Assembly: GCA_016708025.1 (NCBI GenBank)
Contig: JADJGQ010000001.1
Span: 515,153-579,152 of the forward strand
From: a bacterium
GTDB lineage: Bacteria > Zixibacteria > MSB-5A5 > GN15 > FEB-12
Length of the DNA stretch: 64,000 nt
Reading direction: 5' to 3'
Shown: piece by piece, positions 45,890-53,441 of the stretch
Layout of the letters: every line of letters starts with the position of its first letter
Numbering within the stretch: position 1 is the first letter of the stretch
Made by a program: the position numbers and the translations under genes
The notes under the pieces: generated by a model
Seen by the model: the letters and a program-made list of their open reading frames with translations, nothing else
What the model was told of the DNA's origin: nothing
Database searches by the model: none

Positions 45890-46660
45890 ATGGATTTCGA
45901 AACATTCCTTTGGACCACCTTTGCGGCGTTTGTCACGCTGGCTATTTTCAGCTTCCTGTATAAGGACAATCCGTTCTATAAGTTTGCCGAGCATTTGATG
46001 GTCGGGACAGCAACGGGGTACTTTTCGGTGCTGCTCTGGCACAATAACCTCTATCCGAATTTGTTCCAGAAGCTGGCAGATGGAGTGTGGTGGTATCTGG
46101 TACCTGGTTTTCTGGGGCTGTTGATGTGGACTCGATTCTCAAAGAAGTACTCCTGGGTGTCGCGTTGGCCAATGGCGCTGTACATTGGTATCTCCGCTGG
46201 GCTGGCGATCCCGCTCGAAATGTCCAACCGCGTGATCAAGCAGATGCATGCAATGATGAGCGATGTCTCCTGGGGCAGTTTTTTCGGCAGCGGGATATTC
46301 GACTCTCAGTCCGGGCTGTCAGATCTGATAATCCTGATCGGTGCTTTGGCCGCGTTAGCGTATTTCTTCTTCTCTAAAGCACACACTGGTGCCTTCGGGG
46401 GATTTGCGAAATTCGGCATCTGGGTTCTGATGATCGGATTTGGAGCGTCGTTCGGGTATACCGTGATGGCGCGTATTTCACTGTTCATCGATCGCGTGCA
46501 GTTCCTGCAGAAGACCTGGATCTACAACGCCTTTGACAGCAGTGCCGCAGGTTACCACAGCGGTTATCAGGTTGCCTTCTTCGTCGTGGTATTGGCGATC
46601 TTAGCCTACATCGCGAGGGAGATTTGGGTACATTTGAGAAAACCTGAAAACATTAGTTGA
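45890..46660 (+). CDS. Module 3 subunit D
   Basis: ATG lies 1 nt after the C3 stop. Blocks FSFLYKDNPFYKFAEHLMVG, YFFFSKAHTGAFG and FGASFGYTVMARISLFIDRVQFL are present. Confidence 0.8.
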   Translation: MDFETFLWTTFAAFVTLAIFSFLYKDNPFYKFAEHLMVGTATGYFSVLLWHNNLYPNLFQKLADGVWWYLVPGFLGLLMWTRFSKKYSWVSRWPMALYIGISAGLAIPLEMSNRVIKQMHAMMSDVSWGSFFGSGIFDSQSGLSDLIILIGALAALAYFFFSKAHTGAFGGFAKFGIWVLMIGFGASFGYTVMARISLFIDRVQFLQKTWIYNAFDSSAAGYHSGYQVAFFVVVLAILAYIAREIWVHLRKPENIS

Positions 46661-46683
46661 CAGATGTATTGAACTATCTTAGC

Positions 46684-46723
46684 AAGCCCATTGGCGAACT
46701 ACGCCGATGGGCTTGTTTGTTTG
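46684..46723 (+). terminator. Rho-independent terminator ending the 12-gene operon
   Basis: 11-bp stem AAGCCCATTGG (46684-46694) / CCGATGGGCTT (46704-46714) with one G-U pair, followed by GTTTGTTTG. It starts 24 nt after the D3 stop. Confidence 0.65.
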
Positions 46724-47105
46724 GGGGCAGAATATTGTACTTCCTCGCTCTATTTTTGGCGGGTGGTCAACGTACTTCAGATAGTGACGTTCAACGGGAT
46801 CGCAGCGGCGGCAGGATCGTACAATGAAGAGGTTTAGTTGTTGCAGGACAAGAGCCTGCTATGTAGTGGCGTCACACACGTATCAGCTTGCAGGACATGG
46901 TGTTACGCGAGTACAGTTTTTGATGGACAGCATAAGTCGAGATTTGGGTTGAAGTTATAGGAGGAAAAAATCAAGAAAACGCAAGAATTCGCTTGACATA
47001 CAGGCAAATTTTTCCGTAGCTTTTCCTGTGAGAGGAACCAGGGTAGTTGCGCATTTCTAAGTGAAAGGGTAGCAACAGTAACACACAGGGAAAGTGAGGT
47101 GGGGA

Positions 47106-47456
47106 ATGGCTCGGACTGAACGCACCGTTCAAGCCAACACCAACACCGAGTCTGGCAGCGTGCAGGGGTCGGCCATGGAAACAGACAGGCCGAAACTCTC
47201 TTCCGCTGAGGCGCGCCGTGAATATCAACGGCGTTATTATCAAATGCACAAGGAAAAGGCGAAAGAGTATCAGCGCCAGTACAACTTGACGCACAAGAAG
47301 AAACTTCGGGGAGGGCGGGGGAAATCAAATTTCTCTGCGCCGCGCGAGGTGGTCCGTTCGACCTTTAATACAGCGGACATCATGCATTCCCCGGTGGAGA
47401 AGACTGTGCGGATGCTCGAAAAGATCATTCGGGGAGAGCGGTTATTTACGATGTAG
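47106..47456 (+). CDS. Hypothetical small basic protein (116 aa)
   Basis: GTGAGGTGG SD lies 5 nt before ATG 47106. The sequence is Arg/Lys/Tyr-rich (EARREYQRRYYQMHKEKAKEYQRQYN). The gene is isolated between two terminators, and no family was recognised. Confidence 0.45.
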   Translation: MARTERTVQANTNTESGSVQGSAMETDRPKLSSAEARREYQRRYYQMHKEKAKEYQRQYNLTHKKKLRGGRGKSNFSAPREVVRSTFNTADIMHSPVEKTVRMLEKIIRGERLFTM

Positions 47457-47479
47457 GCGCTTACGGTATTCAGGATTTG

Positions 47480-47520
47480 AGGCGGTCAGCATGACCAGAC
47501 GCGTGCAGACCGCCTTTTCT
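47480..47520 (+). terminator. Possible terminator after the small basic protein gene
   Basis: Stem AGGCGGTC (47480-47487) / GACCGCCT (47508-47515) with a large loop, followed by TTTTCT. Confidence 0.4.
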
Positions 47521-47591
47521 ATTGCCCCGGAGTGAGTTTTTACCTAGATTCTCCAGCACTATTTTCGGGTAACTTATTTAAGGAGCGCGTA

Positions 47592-50378
47592 ATGGCGGTT
47601 AAGAAGGCTACTACACCGAAGAAAACGACCGGGCAGAAAGCAGCACCTAAAGCTGCACCGTCCAAGGCTAAGGGCGCCCCGATCAAAACCTATGCTGACG
47701 AGAAACATTATTACTTCTTTGGCAGCGGTCGCGCCGACGGCAATGCCACGATGAAGGATCTGTTAGGTGGTAAGGGCGCCAACCTGGCAGAGATGGCCAG
47801 TATCGGCATTCCTGTTCCACCTGGGTTTACCATCACCACCTCAGTCTGCAAGATCTATTACGAAAACGGCATGGAGATCCCTAAGCCGATCGACAAAGAG
47901 ATGGAAAAGCAGATCGGCTTGATCGAACAGGCGAGCGGGATGAAGTTCGGTGATCCGAGCAATCCTCTGCTGGTGTCGGTTCGGTCCGGCGCGAAGTTCT
48001 CAATGCCGGGAATGATGGATACGATCCTGAATCTCGGGTTGAATGAAGAGACGATCGAAGGATTGTCGAAGAAAACGAACAATCCGCGATTTGCCCTGGA
48101 CAACTACCGGCGCTTCATCTCGATGTTCGGCAATGTTGTGCTGGGGATCGACAAAGAATTGTTCGAAGAAGTCATCACTGAGAAAAAACATGAGCGGCGG
48201 GTCAAACAGGACAGCTCGCTTCAGGTCAATGACCTGAAAGATATCATCAAACGCTACAAGCAGATCGTCAAGCGGAAAACGGGTGAAGGATTTCCGGACG
48301 ATGCCTGGCAGCAACTTCGCATGGCGAGGGATGCCGTATTCCGTTCCTGGAATAATCCGCGAGCGATCACCTATCGCCGCCTGAACAATATCCCGGCCGA
48401 TCTCGGCACGGCGGTGAATATCCAGGCGATGGTCTTTGGAAATATGGGGAACAACTCCGGCACCGGAGTCGGGTTCACCCGCAATCCTTCGACTGGAACG
48501 AAAGAGTTCTACGGCGAATTCCTGATTAATGCGCAGGGCGAGGATGTGGTGGCCGGGATCCGGACTCCACAGCCGATCACTGAGCTGCATTCGGAACTCC
48601 CGGAGGTCTTCAAGCAGCTCAAGGATATCACCACGCGACTGGAGAAGCACTACCGCGACATTCAGGATTTCGAGTTTACCATCCAGGAAGGGAAGCTGTA
48701 CATGTTGCAGACCCGTAATGGTAAACGGACTGTGCAAGCGGCGGTGAAGATCGCTGTCGACATGGTGAAAGAAAAGCTGATTACCAAGGAAGAGGCGCTG
48801 ATGCGGATCGAGCCAGCGCAGATCGACCACCTGCTGCATCCGATGATCGATCCAAAGGCGAAATTCGACGTGGTCGCCAAAGGATTGGCGGCATCTCCGG
48901 GCGCGGCTTCCGGGCATGTCTACTTCACCGCCGAGGATGCGGTGAAGCACTCCAACAAAGGGACCACTATTCTCGTTCGCGAAGAGACCAACCCTGATGA
49001 TATCGAAGGGATGAACGTTGCTGCTGGTATCTTGACGGCTCGCGGCGGCATGACCTCGCATGCGGCAGTTGTGGCACGCGGCATGGGGAAATGTTGTGTC
49101 ACCGGAGCAGAAGCAGTTCGTGTTAACCTGCAGAAAAAGCAATTTTCTGTCGGTAAGCTGACGATCAAAGAGGGTGAGGTTATCACTCTGAACGGTTCGA
49201 CCGGCGAGATCATCTTGGGTGAAGTACCGACTATCGAGCCGGAGCTGTCAGGCGAATTCTCCGAGTTGATGAAATGGGCGGATGAATTCCGTCGCATGAA
49301 AGTCCGCGCCAATGCGGATATCCCTCGTGACGCCGCTCAAGCGATCAAGTTTGGCGCAGAAGGGATCGGCCTTTGCCGCACCGAACATATGTTTTTTGCC
49401 GAGGACCGTATTCCGATCGTACAGCAGATGATCCTTGCGGATACGCCGGAAGCGCGTCAGGCCGCTCTCGACAAGCTGCTGCCGTTCCAGAAAAAGGACT
49501 TCAAGGGGTTGCTGGATACGATGAAGGGGCTGCCGGTCACGATCCGGACGCTTGATCCGCCGCTCCATGAGTTCCTGCCTAAGAAGGAAGAGGTAGAAGC
49601 GAGATTGAAAGCGCTTGACCCGAAAAGCGATGATTATGAAGAGGATCTTATCGAGTTGCAGAAAACGCTCAAGCGGATCGATGAACTTCACGAATTGAAT
49701 CCGATGTTGGGACATCGCGGCTGCCGTCTTGGGATCACCTATCCGGAGATCACTGAGATGCAGGTGCGCGCGATCATGGAAGCGGCCTGCGAACTGCACC
49801 GCAACAAGGTCGAGGTGCATCCGGAGATCATGATTCCGCTGGTGGGACATATCAATGAGTTCCGCAACCAGAAGGAACTGGTGGTGCGGGTGGCCAATGA
49901 GGTCATGGCTCGCTATAAAGTCAAAGGGCTGACCTACTCGGTCGGGACAATGATCGAGATTCCGCGTGCGGCCGTGACCGCAGATGAGATCGCCGTCGAA
50001 GCGGAGTTCTTTAGTTTCGGCACCAATGATCTGACGCAGATGACGATGGGATTTTCGCGGGATGACTCGGGGAAATTCCTGAAGTATTACACCGAACATG
50101 GTGTCCTGACCAAGGACCCGTTTGTGTCTATCGATCAGGCGGGAGTCGGGCAATTGGTGAAGATGGGGAAGGAAAAGGGTCGCGAGGCTCGCGCCGATCT
50201 CAAGGTTGGCGTTTGTGGAGAGCATGGTGGCGATCCGGACTCCATCGAGTTCTTCAATTCCATTGGACTTGATTATGTCTCCTGTTCGCCGTATCGCGTG
50301 CCGATCGCCCGAATGGCGGCGGCGCAGGCGGCAATTCGTCAATCCGGCAAAGGGAAGACCGGGTCAAGTACCAAGTAA
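47592..50378 (+). CDS. ppdK: Pyruvate, phosphate dikinase with a Lys/Ala/Pro-rich N-terminal extension
   Basis: AAGGAG lies 6 nt before ATG 47592. NATMKDLLGGKGANLAEM is the PPDK N-terminal signature. The phospho-histidine loop is GILTARGGMTSHAAVVARGMGK. The PEP/pyruvate domain has GIGLCRTEHMFF, GTNDLTQ and VGVCGEHGGDP. Confidence 0.95.
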   Translation: MAVKKATTPKKTTGQKAAPKAAPSKAKGAPIKTYADEKHYYFFGSGRADGNATMKDLLGGKGANLAEMASIGIPVPPGFTITTSVCKIYYENGMEIPKPIDKEMEKQIGLIEQASGMKFGDPSNPLLVSVRSGAKFSMPGMMDTILNLGLNEETIEGLSKKTNNPRFALDNYRRFISMFGNVVLGIDKELFEEVITEKKHERRVKQDSSLQVNDLKDIIKRYKQIVKRKTGEGFPDDAWQQLRMARDAVFRSWNNPRAITYRRLNNIPADLGTAVNIQAMVFGNMGNNSGTGVGFTRNPSTGTKEFYGEFLINAQGEDVVAGIRTPQPITELHSELPEVFKQLKDITTRLEKHYRDIQDFEFTIQEGKLYMLQTRNGKRTVQAAVKIAVDMVKEKLITKEEALMRIEPAQIDHLLHPMIDPKAKFDVVAKGLAASPGAASGHVYFTAEDAVKHSNKGTTILVREETNPDDIEGMNVAAGILTARGGMTSHAAVVARGMGKCCVTGAEAVRVNLQKKQFSVGKLTIKEGEVITLNGSTGEIILGEVPTIEPELSGEFSELMKWADEFRRMKVRANADIPRDAAQAIKFGAEGIGLCRTEHMFFAEDRIPIVQQMILADTPEARQAALDKLLPFQKKDFKGLLDTMKGLPVTIRTLDPPLHEFLPKKEEVEARLKALDPKSDDYEEDLIELQKTLKRIDELHELNPMLGHRGCRLGITYPEITEMQVRAIMEAACELHRNKVEVHPEIMIPLVGHINEFRNQKELVVRVANEVMARYKVKGLTYSVGTMIEIPRAAVTADEIAVEAEFFSFGTNDLTQMTMGFSRDDSGKFLKYYTEHGVLTKDPFVSIDQAGVGQLVKMGKEKGREARADLKVGVCGEHGGDPDSIEFFNSIGLDYVSCSPYRVPIARMAAAQAAIRQSGKGKTGSSTK

Positions 50379-50422
50379 TGAGCTGAGACAATCCGTTTCA
50401 GCCAGGTTGATAGCAGAAATGC

Positions 50423-50454
50423 AAGGCGAGCCGATGTCGGCTCGCCTTTTTCTT
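50423..50454 (+). terminator. Rho-independent terminator of ppdK
   Basis: Perfect 11-bp stem AAGGCGAGCCG (50423-50433) / CGGCTCGCCTT (50438-50448) with loop ATGT, followed by a T-run. Confidence 0.7.
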
Positions 50455-50582
50455 GTGTAAGATACACCAAAGGCAGGCTAAGTCGGCCAAACCCAATTTT
50501 TTGCTCTTTACAGGCAAAAAGCATCCAAATTTCTCCATTTTCAGCCCCAGTCTCATGTAGCCAGATTTGGACTTGCCGATAC

Positions 50583-53264
50583 ATGAGGTATGCAAAGTTA
50601 CGGAATCCGGGTGCCATCCCTTTGCTTCGAGGGATTCTGGCGGAACGGTGCAGGGGAAGAGTGAAGACGATCAAGGGAAAGCTCCTGTTATTGCAGGGAG
50701 TATTGGTTACCGTCTTTGTCGTCGTAGTGGTTCTGATGCACCTGCAGGAGACCTCGCCGGTCAGTTTACTTCAATCAGACAGTATTCTGCGATCCTCCAA
50801 TCTGGTCAAACGAGTCATGGCCCAACACAGCTATGCCCAGAATGCGTTCGTTTATGATTACTCGTATTGGGATGAAATGGTCGAAGCGGTTCGCGATCGG
50901 GATACAGTTTGGTGCAGAAATTATCTGCCTCAGGGGATGAAGACATTTACGACTGATGTCGCCTGGCTCTGCGACTCGTCGTTTCGGGTTATCTACTCAC
51001 ATGATCTGCGTAATCAGTCGGCAGCCACATCGCCCTTACCGGTACCAATTGAAGAAAAACAGCGATTGTTTGCGTCGCATCAGTTTCCTCACTTTTTCGC
51101 ATTCGCGAATGACCAATTGTACGAAATCTCAATTGGCGGCGTGCAACCGATCGGCGACAGCCTGCGAACCAGTCCGCCGCAAGGATATTTTGTGGTCGGC
51201 CATGCCTGGAACGAGCAGTTGCTGATGGACTACTCGATCGATGCTGAGTCGGAGCTAACCGTCGCTGCAATGGGAGCGGTCGAAGGCGAGTGGGAATCCG
51301 ATCCTTCACACGGGATAATCCGATTTGTCGACACCCTGCGAGACTGGCAGGGGCATCCGATCGCATTGCTGCGCGCCGAGTCATTTTCCCGTTCAATGAT
51401 GGAGATGACCAATGCCGGCTCGACACGTTTGATCGTTCTCGTTTGTCTGGCGGCAGTGTTATTTGGAGTCTGGTGGTTGGGACTCCGGCGACTGATCTTA
51501 ATTCCGCTCAGGCAGATCGCAGATGCGCTGCAGAGCGAATCGACCGACCCGATCGCGAAGTTGCGAGATGGACGGGATGAATTCGGAGTCGTGGCACGGT
51601 TGGTCAAATGGTTCTTCGACCAACGCGAAGAGCTCAAAAAGTCTATCAGCGACCACCTGGTCACTGAGGGGACATTACACTCTTCACTCGATCACCTCAA
51701 GTCGATCAGCCAGGAACTTAACCTGGTACTGTCCAACGCCACCGATTTCATCTACCGTCAGGATATTTATGGGAAGCTAACATACTTATCTCCGTCCGTG
51801 ACCGAGATCACCGGATACTCACAGGATGAATTCAAGAAGCACTACGCACTGCTGCTTACCGATCACGAGATGAACCAGGACGTGATCAGAAACACGGAAC
51901 TGGCGCTGTCCACCGGTAAACCGGTCCCGCCGTATCGCGCAGAGATCTTTCACAAAGACCGCCACAAACTGGTAATCGAGATCAGCGAGCGACCATATTT
52001 CGAAGACGGCAAGGTGGTCGGTTTGATCGGCGTGGCGCGTGACATTTCAAGTGTGGTGGCTCATGAAGCGGAGAAGGACCGACTGATGCTCCAGGTACAA
52101 CGAGCAGAGCGGATGGAGACGCTTGCGATGTTGGCTGGTGGGGTGGCGCACGATCTGAATAATACGCTTGCTCCGCTGGTTGCATATCCGGATCTGATTC
52201 TCAGTTCGCTCGAGGAGAACTCCGAAATTCGCGGCGAGGTGATCGAAATGCAGACGGCCGCCAAGCAGGCGGCTGGAATTGTCCAGGACCTGCTGTCCAT
52301 GGCGCGCCGCGGGCGATACCAGATGTCTCCTCTGGGGCTGAACGGAATGATCGAAAAGTATCTGCAGTCTGCCAGCTTTCGGGAGCAGATCCAGTTGCAT
52401 CCTCAAGTCAAAGTGAAAGTCGAACTTGATCCACACGCAGTAAATGTCAAGGGCTCCTCGCATCACCTCTACACGGTGCTGATGAATCTCGTCGTCAATG
52501 CCTTCGACGCTATGGACACTTGCGGCACACTGACGATCACAACGGACGCAAGCGGTTCGATCCCTCCGCAAACTCTGATGCCATCGCCGCAACGGACGTT
52601 GGTCAGGATGAGCATCTCGGATAGTGGAAGCGGGATACCTAACGATGTGCTGAACCGCATTTTTGAACCATACTTCTCAACCAAACAGGTCGGAAGAAGC
52701 GGAAGCGGACTAGGGTTGGCTGTCGTCCACGGTATAGTGACGGACCATGGTGGCGTGATCGAGGTCCAGTCTACGCCAGGGCAGGGGACCAGATTTAATG
52801 TCTTCCTGCCGGTCACTGATCAGGTGGAGAGAGAGTCAAGAAGTCATGCCTGGACCGACCGTGGGACTGAGTCTGTGCTCGTATTCGATGATATGGCCGA
52901 CCAACGCAGGGTGGCTGCTGCTTTGCTCAAGAGTCTGGGGTATCTGGTCGCAGAAGCCGGCTCAATGCAACAAGCGCTGGAAATGGTCGGAACTAATCGG
53001 TTTGACGTGCTGGTTCTCGACATGCTCTTGGATGATTCTTATGATGGTCTGGATGCGCATTGCGAGATCAAGAGAGTACAGCCACACATAGTTACGGTTG
53101 TGGTCAGCGGGTTTGTCCCCACGCAGCGAGTGCAAGCGATCATCGACAGTGGAAATGCCGTTTTCCTGCCCAAACCATTCACGGGTCCCGCCCTGGGCAG
53201 TGCCATCAGAGGCTTGATGGCGGAAGTACGTATATCGGACCCTGCCTTTTCCGCCGTGCGCTGA
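50583..53264 (+). CDS. Hybrid sensor histidine kinase (periplasmic CHASE4-like sensor, PAS, HisKA, HATPase, receiver)
   Basis: TM helix, then a periplasmic region with YDYSYWDEMVEAV, then a second TM helix. PAS (FIYRQDIYGKLTYLSPSVTEITGY). H-box AGGVAHDLNNTLAPL, N-box LVVNAFDAM, G1 DSGSGIP and G2 GSGLGLAVVHGIV. The C-terminal receiver has VLVFDD...DVLVLDM. Confidence 0.85.
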   Translation: MRYAKLRNPGAIPLLRGILAERCRGRVKTIKGKLLLLQGVLVTVFVVVVVLMHLQETSPVSLLQSDSILRSSNLVKRVMAQHSYAQNAFVYDYSYWDEMVEAVRDRDTVWCRNYLPQGMKTFTTDVAWLCDSSFRVIYSHDLRNQSAATSPLPVPIEEKQRLFASHQFPHFFAFANDQLYEISIGGVQPIGDSLRTSPPQGYFVVGHAWNEQLLMDYSIDAESELTVAAMGAVEGEWESDPSHGIIRFVDTLRDWQGHPIALLRAESFSRSMMEMTNAGSTRLIVLVCLAAVLFGVWWLGLRRLILIPLRQIADALQSESTDPIAKLRDGRDEFGVVARLVKWFFDQREELKKSISDHLVTEGTLHSSLDHLKSISQELNLVLSNATDFIYRQDIYGKLTYLSPSVTEITGYSQDEFKKHYALLLTDHEMNQDVIRNTELALSTGKPVPPYRAEIFHKDRHKLVIEISERPYFEDGKVVGLIGVARDISSVVAHEAEKDRLMLQVQRAERMETLAMLAGGVAHDLNNTLAPLVAYPDLILSSLEENSEIRGEVIEMQTAAKQAAGIVQDLLSMARRGRYQMSPLGLNGMIEKYLQSASFREQIQLHPQVKVKVELDPHAVNVKGSSHHLYTVLMNLVVNAFDAMDTCGTLTITTDASGSIPPQTLMPSPQRTLVRMSISDSGSGIPNDVLNRIFEPYFSTKQVGRSGSGLGLAVVHGIVTDHGGVIEVQSTPGQGTRFNVFLPVTDQVERESRSHAWTDRGTESVLVFDDMADQRRVAAALLKSLGYLVAEAGSMQQALEMVGTNRFDVLVLDMLLDDSYDGLDAHCEIKRVQPHIVTVVVSGFVPTQRVQAIIDSGNAVFLPKPFTGPALGSAIRGLMAEVRISDPAFSAVR

Positions 53265-53441
53265 ACGTACACCTTTCGAACAATCAATGATCACGGGAAT
53301 GTATTGGTCCAAGTTTCGCTTGACTTTGGGCGGAAAAATAGTTCTTTTTTTCACATGAATAAACAGGGAAAAACAACTGTCCGGACCTCCCAAGGGTCAA
53401 AACAATCTCGCGGAGGCTCGACGCTTTCGGAGTATTTACCT

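Larger units (their letters stand above)
35703..46660 (+). repeat. Three tandem paralogous copies of a four-gene module (A-B-C-D) forming one 12-gene operon
   Basis: Module 1 spans 35703-39314, module 2 spans 39317-43023, and module 3 spans 43053-46660. Gene order, gene sizes and long motif blocks are the same in each subunit family. Gaps between genes range from -4 to about 30 nt. Confidence 0.9.

Noticed and set aside
48000-50342. 380-aa and 364-aa minus-strand ORFs inside ppdK
   Set aside because: They are antisense to an unambiguous PPDK gene. Their Arg/His/Leu-rich translations carry no recognisable domain, so they are shadow ORFs.
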